Below, in pieces: positions 49,041-61,819 of a DNA stretch of 64,000 bases; the first letter of the stretch is position 1, and every line of letters begins with the position of its first letter. The notes beneath the pieces were generated by a model, which was not told the origin of the DNA, made no database searches, and saw only the letters and a program-made list of their open reading frames with translations. The stretch covers positions 646,355-710,354 of the forward strand of contig MU053594.1 in the NCBI GenBank assembly GCA_013239625.1, in the 5' to 3' direction. Source of the stretch: Lama guanicoe. Taxonomy: Eukaryota. A program made the position numbers and the translations under genes.

Positions 49041-49599
49041 TGATTGAACGTCATCGATGTCCTAGCTTCAGTGACCACCTAAAACAAATGACTCACACAT
49101 TTCTGTATTGTTAGCTCAGTGCTTTACTCTGAAGCCTCCTGGAAAGTCCTTATCGGCTGTTTAAAGGCGCCTAAAACGCCACATGTACAAAAGTGAACTC
49201 ACAGTCTTTCTCTCCAAACCTGGGCCTTTTTTCATAGTCTATTTATTAATTATCAACAACCTCATTGAATGAACATGAACACCAGTTACGTGCCAGGCAC
49301 TGAGGACAGAGCAGTGAACAAAACAGAGCCAGATCCTGCTCTCAAGAAATAGACATTCTAGTGGACCCTTTGTTTCTCTGGGCCAGCCAGACACCAAGTA
49401 TCAGCAAATGTGGTGGGATTGAGACTGGAGCCTCATCTCAATGGGAAGGCAGAGTAGAAGGAAAAAGGTAGTAGGAGGGAAAAGGAAGCACGCCAAGGAG
49501 TGGCCATCGTGCGTGTGACAGGACTTGGGAGGCGTCAGAGAGAAAAACAAGGACAGAGACTTCAGCATCCCAGGCTCGACCTGCCAGCAGGGCCTGTGT

Positions 49600-50620
49600 G
49601 AGGGCCGGCGAGTGGCTGGACAGGCTCTCAGGCCAGCAGACGTCTCCTGCAGCCGCGGCAGCCTGCGATGGCTGCCCCGGGGCCACATCGGCCAGCCAGG
49701 GGAAGGGTGAGTGCGGTTCCCCCGGGGTCACTGAGCATCCCTGAGCCCAGGGGCACAGCCCCTCAGCAAGCCCGGCGCTGCCTGGCCTGCGAGTCTGGGG
49801 CGGGGTAGAGGGTGGCAGAAGGCCTTAGGGAACAGTCCTACCAGGCTGACCCCCAGGAGGAAGGAGGAGCTGGAAAATAGGAGGCGGGACCAGTCTGGGA
49901 GGTCGGATGGAACAAAGGCATCTCTGCAGGGTAGTTCCTGCTCACCTTTGACCTCGGTGGATTTCACAAACAGGTTTGATTCCACACACAGGGCCAAGGG
50001 TATTTCAGAGACGGAAACAGAGCTGTGCCTGGGGAGCTCAGGCCACTGGACAGAGTGTAGAAACTCTGAGAGGACGATCCTCAGCCTCAACCCGGCCGCC
50101 CCTCCCTCAGAAGCTTCCCAGGCTTCGGTTTCCCCTCCATGAAAGGAGTGGGGAGGTCCTGGTGGCGTCAGGCAGGAGGCAGGGGGGCACTTGATGGCGT
50201 GCTCTGTCCGCCAGCGCTTGGGCCGGGCCTGGAACACCTGGCCGAAGCCGCCGCTCGCCACTCGGCGCCAGTCGCCCTCGAAGTCGTCGCGGGTGAAGAC
50301 GGGGAGGCTGCCCAGCCGCTGCTCCACGCTCGCGGCCCCTCCAGGCTCCGCGCGCTCCCTGCGCGGCTGCAGCCGCCGCTTCCTGCTCCGCAGGTCCCAG
50401 GAGGGTGGGGATGGGGAGGCAGGCGGCCCTCCCTCCTTCCGCGCAAGGAGGAGCGGCTCCTGCCCCGCAGGGCCGGGGAAAACCCAACCTGAGCCCTGAG
50501 GCCCCTGGCAGCGATGGGGGCTTGGGGCTGGAAGAGGGAACATTCCTCCACAGCATCCCAAGAGACCCCGCCCCGCCCCGGCATCCTCCCTCAGTCTCAG
50601 CCCGCGATTTCCAACCCCCC
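49600..50620. promoter_or_regulatory. CpG island / promoter over ANKK1 exon 1
   Basis: Visibly CpG-dense and GC-rich, with tandem GC boxes (ccccgccccgcccc, about 50566-50579) upstream of exon 1. Confidence 0.75.
50159..50342 (-). pseudogene. ANKK1: ANKK1 exon 1 (disrupted)
   Basis: EQRLGSLPVFTRDDFEGDWRRVASGGFGQVFQARPKRWRTEHAIKC. No ATG between 50159 and 50540. One base missing in the C-run after TGC (50182-50187). The donor reads AG|GACCT rather than AG|GT. Confidence 0.9.
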
Positions 50621-53600
50621 ACCCCCAGCTCTCAGCCCTTGAGCCTGGGTAGGTGCTGGGAGAGGAAGTCGTTCCGAATTTGGAAGCAGGAATCTGGCCA
50701 GAGAGGTCTGCCCCCTTTGATTTAGTTCTAAGTGGAAGTTGATTCACTTATTCATGCAACTTTTACAAGTTTCTGCAAGGTTCGAGGTTGTGCGAGGCGT
50801 CTCCGTGGTGGTGTGGGGGAGCCTGGAAGGGGGACCCTTCCATAGCAAGTACGGAGTAAACAAGTTGTAATGGGGATCTACTCGGCTGACTCTGCTGGCC
50901 TGACTGGCTTAAAGCTGTTGTTGGCTTTTTGTTTGTTTCTCTGTCAATCAGTCTCCGCGTGCTAAAGGTCACCAAGGAGGGGTCAGCAAGACCCATGGGG
51001 TGAGAGGCTGGACACCTGTCTGCAGGGCGCTCCCCTTCCTGGCACTGCTCTCGGCCCCAGCCTCAGAAGGGTCAGCACACCGGTTCTGGGGATGACCATG
51101 GGGAGGTGAGCTCCTTGGCCCAGTTACTGGGGGTGCTTGTTGCCAGGGGCCAGAGATGAGGCTCCAGGAGCCACTCGGGCATGACCAGGGCCCTGTCTGC
51201 TGGGAGGAGGGGCAGCCTGAGAGGGGATGACCGCAGGGCAGTGTTGGGGCCGTAGAGGAATCTGGCCGAGGGCTCAGTGCAGACTTGGGGCAAGAGGGGA
51301 GAGAAAATGTACCTGCAGAGCAAACGTGGCTGCTGGGCGGATGGGAAGCTGTCCTGGTGGGTGAAGTCAGCCAATGGCAAAGGGAAGGGAGGTGTCCCAG
51401 GGTAGCACATCTAGGGAGCCTCCTCTTCCTTTCTCCGGACTCCCTGCTTCCTTCCTCCTTCCTGGCAGCCACTGTGGGAGATCCCTTGGTCCATGTCTGG
51501 GGATACAAGTGAGGAGGCAGGAAAGCCTCCTGGTGCTAAGCCAGGTGGGCGGCTAGTGTTGGGGGGGGTACCTCCGGGTCCTTGGTCCATGGAGCTGCCC
51601 TCTCATCTGAGAGACCCACAGAGCAGGGAAAATTATCAGTGCCTGAATAGGTGGCCCTTCCAGGGCAGGTGCTACTAAAGGAACTGTCACAAGACAGTGC
51701 AGGAAAGTCACTTCTCACCAGTAGCTGGGCAGGTGGATGAAACCCACAGGGAACCCCCAGAGTGACCATCCTCAAGTTTGAGGAGGCCTCCTACCAGAGG
51801 AAGACATGCCTTGCCTCTGGCCCTAACCTGTAGAGGCATTCATCCATGACTCTTACCAGACTCCTAGGGAACAGCGTGGGCATGACAGGTGAGCAGGGAC
51901 CCCAGGTGGGAGAACTTGCTCTTCCGATAACAATTCACATGCAAACCCCCAGGATGAATGCTGGTGGGCAGAGTAAGGACTGAAGATTGGTCCAGAGACA
52001 GTTGCCAATATCGAGCATCAACTTTGTCCCAGGACCAGTGGTTCCTTTGCCTACGTGTACACTTTATAGATGTGGTCTTGTTCAAGTCCATAATAATGCT
52101 ATGAGGTTAATGTCTACCTCTTTGTAGGGGATGAGGGAACTGGTCTTGAAGACAGTGAGTAGTGAATGGCCACACAGCTAGTAAGCAGGAGCTGAGATTC
52201 AAACTGAAGTCTCTTTGGTCCTCGTGGAAAGGGTTGGGCATAAAAGGAGTAAGGAGTCGCCTTTAGAAGATAAGGGGGAAAGGAAGGAACAAGATCCTGC
52301 TCCCTGGAAGAGGATGGAGGGGAAAGATACTGCATCCTGAGCAAGAGACGTACCACAAAGACGATGTTAGAGGGAAGCCCCTGGCTTGCTTTGGTTGGAG
52401 CAAGACAGGGAACAGGAGAACTGATTGCCCCTGGAGCAGTCCTGCCTGCCCCAGATAAGTCTCAAATGCTCCCCCAGGAATGTTTAGAAGATGGCAGAAG
52501 GTGCTATGGTCAGGAATATGAGACCACAGAGATGTTTCTCACCTCCACTGAGTGGGTGAGCATGGAGACTGGGAAGGTGGCCCACTGGCCCTGAGGAAGG
52601 TTGACTCTGGCTCTGACCTTCAACAAGCTCTGACCAGTGAGCTGGGGGAAGTGCCAGGGCTGAATGGCCCAAATCCATTAAAGAAATTCCCCGTGGCCCA
52701 GTTACACCTGAAGTGGCTCTCCAGGGAGAGCAAGAAACCAGAAGCTGCCATTGGCCCTCTGCAGAAGCCACTGCAGGAATGCTCAAGAATTGTCCCATGG
52801 GAGGAGACACCCAGGGCGCAAGGCCGGCAGCCAGGTTCCTGAACAAAACTACTCTGAATTTCTTTACAGGGTGGCTGGAGGGGCATGAAGGACCCCGGGA
52901 TGTATTACTATTGACCTACCTGTTGAAAAAGCCAAGCTGAGGGTTCAAGCACCCCTGAGGCTTCTGAAGAATCTGGCAGAACAGATGTGTGATTTACCTC
53001 TAGCAACTGGAGTTGTTAGACTTGGCTTCTGCTGCCCCCTTTGTCTCTCTAAAGTCTGCTTTACAGACTCTCTACTGGGCCAGGACATGAGCCTAGTAGA
53101 ATTGGGAAAAAGTCTGAGAGAAGTAAGGAGAGGGGCCGTTCCGGAATATAAAGTCACAGAAGCGAAGAGTTCCTGGGATCCCTCATTAATAAGGGTGATG
53201 CCTAAAGGTTCAGGAAAGAGCAAGGTCAACCTAGAGGCTCCTGATGTCTTCCCAGTGGTCTGAGTGCAGATGCTCCTAAGTCCTGCCTGCCTGGGAGGTC
53301 CACAGCCAGTGGGTGGAGAGGACAGAGCTGGAGAGGAAAGCACCACCTTCACTGCCCCTTCCACCCACTAACCGAAAGGGGTGTGACTATGAGAATGAAC
53401 CGGGTGGGATAGTCTGACCATGATCCGATCCGATCCCACCAGAAAGACCAAGAAACAGGCTCTAACCAATAGGAATTTTGAGGAATTTTGCTCCAAGAGG
53501 CTCTGAGTCCTTCCTGTTGACTCTATCAATATATTTTATTTTAGCAGATCAGGGATGGAAATTTTCTGGACTCGGCATTATTAAATGAATTTTATATGTG

Positions 53601-54139
53601 TGTGATTATTCTGGTGAGGGAGCCTGCCACCCTAGACCAGAGGACCGGCAGTTTAGCTCTGCAGTTCTCGGGAGGATGCTGCAATCCAACGTGAGCCTTT
53701 CCCCAGACCGGAATGACAAGCTTTTTGCACACAGGGAAATTCCCCAATCTGTCCCCATTCTCCACCCTGCCAACGTGTCACAGAAGGACACCTGGATGAA
53801 TTCTGGCAGGCTTAACCTCTGGTAGCTCGTGAACCGAGGTGAGGGCAAGGTTGGTCAAGATGAAGGGATGTGTTCAGGAAACTGGGGCATCTGCCCAGGA
53901 AGCAAGACTCTCCCAGAGAGAATGGGATGGAATGAAGCAGCAGCAGCAGGGCTTAAATGCAAGAGCACATGAGGCAGGTAGACCTGCGTTCAAACCATGG
54001 CTTGTTTCCTTCCATTTATCAGCAGTTGGGCCTTGTCACATGACCAAAACTCTCTGGGTTCCATCTGTGAAATGGGATGATAATAGAAGACTCAATTCAG
54101 AAAGTTGTGGTAAGGGTTAACCTTCAAAAATACCCCTAA

Positions 54140-54747
54140 ATGAACACCCATAAGCAAAAAATGAACCAACCTACACCTCACATTATCCAAAATTAACTCA
54201 AAGTGGAACATTGACTTAGATGTAAAATATAAGACTATAGAACTTTTAGGGAGAAGGATAGATGAACATCTTCTGAACCTAGCATTAGGCACAAAGTTCT
54301 TAGGCTAACACCACCCACAGCCTCCACAAAAGGAAAAACTGAGAAATTGAACTTACTCAAAATTAAAACCTTTCACTGTGTGCAAGATCCTCTGATGAGG
54401 ATGAAAAGTCAAGCTGCAGATGAAGAGAAAATATTTGCAAACCACATATTTGATAAAGTGCTAATTTTCTAGAACATACCAAGAAATCTCCAAACTCAAC
54501 AGTAACAAAAAAATAATAGTAAGCTCTCCCATTAGAAAATGGAGAAAAGATGTGAACAGATGCTTCAATGAAGAGGATATACAGATGGCAAATAAATGCA
54601 TCAAAAAATATTAGCACTAGTCATTAAGGAAATGCAAATTGAAACCACAATGAGATGTCACTACACGCCTATGAGATTGACTAAAATTTAAAAAAAAAAT
54701 GCAGGCGAGAATCCCTCATATGTTGCTGGTGGGAATGGAAAATGATA
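54140..54747 (+). mobile_element. Degenerate L1M ORF2 3' fragment
   Basis: aaaattaactcaaagtgga...gagaaaatatttgcaaaccacatatttgataaag...gaaatgcaaattgaaaccacaatgagat...ttgctggtgggaatg. Confidence 0.85.
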
Positions 54748-57565
54748 AGGCTGGTGAGATGTACTGAAGGCAGGGCTTTGACTAATTACACTCACCAGGA
54801 CTTTGCCTGAGGGTGAAGGATATCTCTGGAAGCTGTACCTTAGAAAGGTCTGTATTAGCTCCATCACATTTGGCTTCTGGAGAAATTTCAGGATTACATA
54901 GTTGTAGCGGGGATGTCTCTTTGTCTCTGCTTCTTTGGGCTGGGAAGAAAGCAATGTGTCCCTGAGACTGTCAAAAGCCCTTTTCCACCAGTGAGAGGGA
55001 AACGGATATATATGTGCTGGTAAACTTGGATGGAGTATGGAGTATGGAAAACTGGCACTTAGGGTGTCAAGCAGCTGGAGTCTGGGGTTGGGAAAAGAGA
55101 GTCCTCTGGAATTCATCCAGCTCTGAGCTATCCTCTCTCTCCTGGAGGAGTTAACTAGGGGTACCACGAAGAGAAAGGAGCATTAAATCAGGAGTGATTT
55201 GAAGTGAAGGAGATGACTTATTGAGGATGAAAACTGAAGCGTCAACTCCTTTCCAAGTATAAGTGGGGGTGGGCATGGAGCGCAAGGGCTGGCTGTCCAC
55301 AGAAACCAAGACTGGTCTGAGCAAGAGCCTAGGGGCACCTCCAGGTGATAGCACTGAATGATGTTGGAACAGGTAACCGAAGAGAGTCATGAGTCTTTTT
55401 TGCCTTGAAATTCAAAAGGGTAAGAGACCCCCTCATCTCCTTGGCCTGGTGATGGAGATTCTGCTCAGGTGGCAGGGCATGGGCGGGGGGGCTAACGGAG
55501 CTGTCTTCAGGTCAGGAAGGTGAAGGACGGCAGCAGAGCACATTCTCCTGACCCAGCCCTGGATGTAGTCCGAGTTTCATTCTTTCTCCCGCATCTTCTC
55601 TCTCTACCCACAGCCCCATGCCCAACCTTGAAACGACTTCCTTCTAGCCTCTTCCAGGAAGGTGTCTCCCACCCCCATGTCCCTTGCTGGGCTAGAAGCC
55701 TTATCTCTGTCCCATAAACATCACACTAGGCCCAGTGGTAAGTGATTCCCCGTGTGCCTGCCCTTCTCCCTTGGCCTGGTGCCCCTTGAGAGAAGAAACT
55801 GTGTGTCTGTCTTCTGTGAGTGCCCAGCTCTCATCCCAGGGGATTCAGTAAATGGACGCTGTTAGTTACTGCAGTATTTTAGCCCAAACCATTACCACCA
55901 GTTGTGGGGTGGAGAGGGGAATGGAAAGTTTAAAGCGGGTGAGAGTAGCCAGACTTCACCCTAGGCTGGTCCTAGTAAGAGTCCCCTAATGCCTTCCCTT
56001 GATAAAGTTTAATTATTCAAGCAACAAGTATTTACTGAGCACCTATTATGTGCTGCACTGTTCTACATACTTGGTCTGAGACAGGACAGCAGTATCCAGA
56101 AATCTGAGCACCTCCATTTCGCAGAGAAAGTGCCCCAGCCTCCCTCCCGCCACCTCACGCCTCTTGGGATGTGTCTGGCGGATCAGATGGGAAGGTAATC
56201 CTCGGCAGCCGGGGGGACTCCAGCTGTTACCTGACAGACTGCTGATGGATTAGCAGTGCTTTCAGATAAAACGTTCAAGGGGTTAGAGTTTCGCTTTCCC
56301 CTCAGTTTCAGATACTGGGCTGTGGCTTGAGCCCGACAATGAACCTGAGGGGAGGCGGGGAGGGACGGTGGGCAGCGAGGGTCAAGGGGAAGGCTGGCTT
56401 CTGGTCCTGGCCCAGCTACGGTTTCCTCGGGGAATTCTGGACAAAATATTGACTCTCTAGGCTCCTCTTTCCTGAGCCTTGGATGGGAAATAATCATAAT
56501 GCCTACCTGACAGGGGTATTGTGCCCATGAAATGAGAACAGGGACATGAAAACCCTTTAAAGAAGTTAAAAGTGCTTCCCTGTGGGAGGCTTTTATTTCC
56601 CTGTCACAGGAAACAGGCTGAGGGCTGAGGGCTCTGCCTGAGACACGAGGATGTCGGGCGGGACTTTGAATGAGGCTCTTTGGCCTACATTTGCTCGGAG
56701 GAAACAAGCGGGGGACCATCCTGTTCCATATCCTGTGGATATTAGGAGAGAGAGCAGCATGGCAGCTGCCTCATACTCCTAAGGAGCCAGTGGCTTGGGA
56801 TCCAGACCAGATAACGTTGCGACTGAGAGGGAAGCCACTGTCTCTGCTGGTGACTCGCCCACATGCTCTTGAGGTCAGAGCCAAGCACACACTCAAGGAC
56901 GTGCCCTGCAGATGACATAGCCTTGGAGTATGGTTATTAACATCTTCTGTTTATGCCTAATTCATTTTCTCATTCATAGGATTTCTCACAGAATACATCT
57001 TCCAGGTCCTTCAACTGAAACTTAAATTCTAGTTGTAGAGAAAAAAAAATAATAAAGACACATAAAAGAATTACATGACAATAAAATATTTAAAAGAGCA
57101 GCGCACCACGGCAGGAATTCAGAGGAAGGACGGATAGTGTGGGCTGGAAAGGGCTTTGAGCACATGCATGTGTGCCTGGATGGACCCGGTGCAGACCTTC
57201 CACCACTTGCTTGACCCCTCCGTGCCTCAGTTTCCTCTTCTGTAAAGGGAAAATAATTACAGTACCCACCTCATTAGGCAGGATCGGACACCTGGTATGT
57301 AATAAAGGGTACCTGCCATTTTTATTATGTCAGGGCTTTGCGGATGTGGAGGGTTTAAAAAAGGGGGAGGAGGTCTTTTAAGTGGGAGGAGAAGCAAGAG
57401 GATGAGAATGAACAGAAGGATGCAGACAAGACACACTGGGGGGCTGGCCTAAGAGAAAAAAGTGTGTGATGGGGCACCAGGCCACCCAGCAAATCTTCCT
57501 CAGGCTTCTGTGAGGTGCTGGAACACCATGGTGAACCCCAAAGATGTGAAACCCGGGGTCAGTGC

Positions 57566-58625
57566 CATAACCGAGCAGGACCCTATGGGGCCTTCCCGGG
57601 ACAGACCTTCCCACCCCTCTGCCATGTCCTTCACCTGCCTCTTGTCTATAGAAAAACTTTAGCTTCCCAGACCTTCCTTGAGTTCCAAAGAATAAATTTA
57701 ATCAGAGAAGTGAGAAAATGCAGAAAGGAAAGCAATCAGAAAAGACAGGAAAAAAAAAGAAAAGAAAAAAAGAAGACACTAATGAACTTATCTACAAAAT
57801 AGAAACAGACTCACAGACATAGTAAGCAAACTTATGGTTACTGGTGGGGAAAGGGGGTGGGAAGGGATAAATTGGGAATTCAAGATTTGCAAATATTAGC
57901 TACTATATATAAAATAGATTTTTAAAAATTCTGCTGTATAGCACAGAGAACTATTCAATATCTTGTAATAATCGATAATGAAAAAGAACTTGAAAACAAA
58001 TATACATATGTATCTGTATGACTGAAACATTATTCTGTACACTAGAAATTGACACATTGTAGCTGACTACACTTCGATTAAAAAAATTAGCAAAAGAAAA
58101 TCAATTCTTATTTTAAAAAAAGTAAAGCAAGACAAAATGATGATAGTTCAGCCATTAAACAAAGTGGAGCACCTTTAGTTCTTCCTCAAGGGGGTAATAG
58201 ATAGAGAATATATTGATAATATAGATAATTGACAGATAATAGATAATATTCTGAGCCATATCCTTTGAGCTATTTGGCAGATACTGACATCCCCACCAGA
58301 TGGAAGAAGTTAACTGCATGCTGCCCACAGGCACGCAGACCCCAGGCCAGTTGGAATCAGAGGGTTGATGGTGTTGACTCCGATTACCTCACCACCAACT
58401 AATCAGAAGAATGTCCACAAGCTGACCATGCACCCAATACCCACCGTCCCTCACCCTGTCTTTAAAAACCTTTCCCTGAAAGTCATCAGGGAGGTAGGGT
58501 CTTTCGAGCACTAGCTGCCTGGACTCCTTGCTTGGTGCCCTGGTGCCCCACAGTAAACACTGCACTTTGTCACCACAACCCGGGGGCAGTAGATTGACTT
58601 TGCTGAGTGCAGGTGAGCAGACTCA
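57566..58625 (+). mobile_element. ERV1-like LTR interrupted by an L1 3' end
   Basis: Starts aaccgagcaggaccctatggggcc. TATA-like tttaaaaa near 58461 and agtaaa polyA-like signal near 58552. Termini and TSD are not clearly resolved. Confidence 0.65.
57770..58090 (+). mobile_element. L1 3' end nested in the LTR
   Basis: aatgaacttatctacaaaatagaaacagactcacagacatag...gggataaattgggaattc...ctgtatagcacagagaacta...gactacacttcgattaaaaaaa. Confidence 0.88.
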
Positions 58626-60728
58626 TAAGAAGGCCCTAAAATCAAGCCAACTCTAAGGCTCAGGGAGATCACACTGGATGAGTAATGTGCAAAGGCCATG
58701 TGAAATTTTGGTAATATGTAAAGGACAATAATAGATACACTGATTTAAAATTGTACCTAAAACATATGAATCATGGTTCTTACTCATGTCCAGTATAAGG
58801 AATGTGTATAAATGTTGTCATGGTTCAAGCAAAATAATGTGAGTGATGTATCAGCAAAATTTCAGAAAACTGAAAAAGCTCTGTGCCCTTCCTCCGTCTT
58901 TACCCACCCACTCCACCCCCCGCCACACACACACGCAGGGCACACACTCCGCCCAGCACACACCCACAGACAGACGCCCACATGCACACACACCAGGGAA
59001 AGAGTTTGTCCTTTATCCCATAGGCAGCTGTGAGAAGATGCCTGAGAGGCACACCACATAATGAAAGCGATGTTTAAGAGGATTATCCTGGCTGCAGTGT
59101 GCAGGCTGGTTTAGAAGACGGATTGAGACAGGGAGAGCAGCAAGGAGGCTATTACAGTCATTCAAGTTAACCAAATCCCTTGCCTGTCTTTTCCTTATTC
59201 CCCACTCCCCTGCCCCAGTCTTGAGAACGTAGTGCAGAGTTCAGAGAAGTCTAATCCTATTGGACGTACATCTCAACCCTAGATGCTCTCCTGTGCACAT
59301 CCCTGACCCCACCTTGATTCCCACCAGCCCTCCTCACCAGCCCAGTGCTCCACTTCTGCAGGCCAGTCTCCATCCCGGGTAACACTGGACTTGGAAGCTC
59401 CCTTCTCCCTCCCCCACATTCTGGCAGAGCCAGACCCTTCCAATCCTGATACAAATCCTCACATTTAAGAACTCAGGAAAAGAGCACATGTGGCTGGCCA
59501 GGCAGGGGACATCTACAGAAGCAGCTGACTCTGATATAATGACAGCGGTGGTGACTACCATTTCCTGGGGGCTTGCTGTGTGCCCAGCATGATGCTGAGA
59601 ACTTTTCAGAAACCATCTCATTTAATCCTTACCACAAACCTTTGCAGTCAGCATCATAACTCCCGGACCCTGACTCTTCACAGATGAGGGAACTGAAGGT
59701 ATGTAATTATAAGAGGTGAAGCTGGGCTTCGAACCCGGGTGTCAGGATGCACACGATGCCTGCCCTCCAACCACTGCATTTGCTGCATCCCAGAGGCTCC
59801 CTTGGGTCCCTGCCTTTCTCTGCACCTTGGTTCAGAGGGTTCTCGTACATCAAGGGTAGCTCACCTGGTCTTTTGGAGTCTTGATTTTCTTCTTTGTAAA
59901 ATGGGGGAGGGTGGCTTGGGCAACACAGTTTTGAGCAGTGAATTATATTTAGCAAATAAAATCAGATGGATTCCAATAGCAGATATTAGATTCGATGGTC
60001 CCTGAATTATTTTCAGCTTGGACATTCTAGGAACTTTTGTCCTCATCACCCATTCCAATATTTCTCTCTCTCTTGCCGTGCCTTTGATCTAGGCTAAATC
60101 CCTGTTGCATGTGAACTCATCCGTTTTTAAGTGGAAATTCATCTCTCGGCTGCTGAGAGATGAAGTCTGTGTGTGTCTGCATGTGTATGGGTGGACTGTG
60201 GCTCCAGGGGACATGAGGGATCTGAATGAGCAGATGGAGCTGTTGAAGATTAAAAGCACAAATGTGAAGTTGAAGACAGACAAGTGACAGGGGGCGCGAT
60301 GCTCAGGCTGAGCAGAATCAGCGCATCTGGCAGACAGCCACACTCCTGCGGGGAGGGGAGCCCAGCTTCGGACCTGAGCCGACCCGAGGCTGGGGTGGCT
60401 GGCGGTGCACACTTGCAGTCTCTACTCCCACGCTCTGCTGGCACCCGAGGGCCCTCCCCCAACCCCCTTCCTGAGCCAGACCAGAGAAATCGGATCCTGG
60501 CCTCAGGGCAAAATCAGACCAAGGGGCAGACTGCCTCCAGGGAGAACCCATTCTTCATTTTGTCTTTTTGAAATTGAGATCAAATTAGAGGTCCAGCAGG
60601 CTTCAGATCACAGAAGCCCAGTGCTTCACGGGCACACAGCAGCAGGACTGGGAGCTGTCGCCTGTGTTCTGCTCTGACCCACGCCTCCTTTCCAGGGCAC
60701 TCAGGGAGGGTGCGGCCCACAGCACTGG

Positions 60729-61246
60729 TGAGGTGGGAAGCCCCATAAAAAAGACTGGCAGGAGCCCCAGGCAGGGCCACTACTTCCCTGCCAGCACCAA
60801 CCGGTCCCCTGGGCCACCGGCTTTATCTCACTCTTTGCCTCTGAAATGCCTTACTTCTAGGAAAGTGGAACTTCTCCCTAAAATTCTATTGGTTCCTGAG
60901 CTAACTCCTGATTGGTCCATTTGTAGTGCTTTATTTGCATGGAGCTCAGTCCTGATAGGTTATTTTTCTCACACCTGATTGGTCCATTTCCCTCACTCCT
61001 GATTGGTCCACTTCTACAAATCTTGTTCCTAATCAGTCAACTTTTGTTACACCTTATTTATATATGATGTTGCAAAGTGTAAACTGGCAGCCTATAAAAG
61101 CCTGTGTAAACCTACAGACGGGGTCCAGAGCTTGGAGTGTTAACTCCTCTGGGCCCGCTGGGTAATAAACCTGAGTTCACCAACTCTCTGAGTGCCCGGA
61201 TCCAGGTTGGTGTCACCACTGAGTTGTAACACACTTTTCTGTAACA
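60729..61246 (+). mobile_element. Complete solo ERV1-like LTR (518 bp)
   Basis: TG...TGTAACA termini, 4-bp TSD CTGG (60725-60728 / 61247-61250), TATAAAA at 61093, AATAAA at 61164, four ATTGG boxes. Confidence 0.85.
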
Positions 61247-61819
61247 CTGGGGCTTAAGGAGAAAAGAATTACCCCTACCCTGATGACTGGGTACTGGAGG
61301 GACAGTCCTTGGAATCAACAGATTCTCTTGATTGTAAACTGAGGTCAAATAGCAAGTGACAGGGAGCATCTGTTTGGGGAGGGGGCTTTGGGGACTTGAT
61401 CCCAGCACCCATGGCCCTTCCTGCATAAGGAGGGCTCCCAGCCAACTGCACACTGGGTCCTGCGGATGTAAATGCAGCCTGGTCTCAGGCCTTGGAAGGC
61501 AAGGAGGCCCCATCACGCTGGGGTGAGCCCTGCTCTGAACCCCACCACACCCAGGCGTGGGGCCTGCAGACCTCACAGCCTCAGAGGTAGCATGGGAGGC
61601 TGGCGGCAGCTGGGTCTCAGGGGATCCTATTTGCCCCCAGGCAGAGGGAGGGAAAGGCAAACATAAGGGCCACGTAACTTTTTGCCTCAGCTGAGATGGC
61701 TAACCTAGTGGGGTGGGCAGATTGGTGAGTGTGGGAGGGGGCAGAGGATGAGATCATGGTTATTTTTGGCTTCAAAATAACAGACACTCTTAAATAAATG
61801 CCTTCTATTTTCCAGTCAT

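Larger units (their letters stand above)
38888..50342 (-). pseudogene. ANKK1: ANKK1 (ankyrin repeat and kinase domain containing 1, RIPK family), probably inactivated, 8 exons
   Basis: Eight exons with kinase ([11 protein letters not shown]) and ankyrin motifs, at the canonical position tail-to-tail with DRD2. Five candidate inactivating lesions (see findings). Gene identity is near certain; the confidence given refers to pseudogene status. Confidence 0.8.

Noticed and set aside
49728..50747. 339-aa ORF spanning ANKK1 exon 1, with an in-frame ATG at 50543
   Set aside because: Only about 45 codons are kinase-homologous. The rest is stop-poor CpG-island and intron sequence, and it cannot splice to exon 2 through the dead donor.
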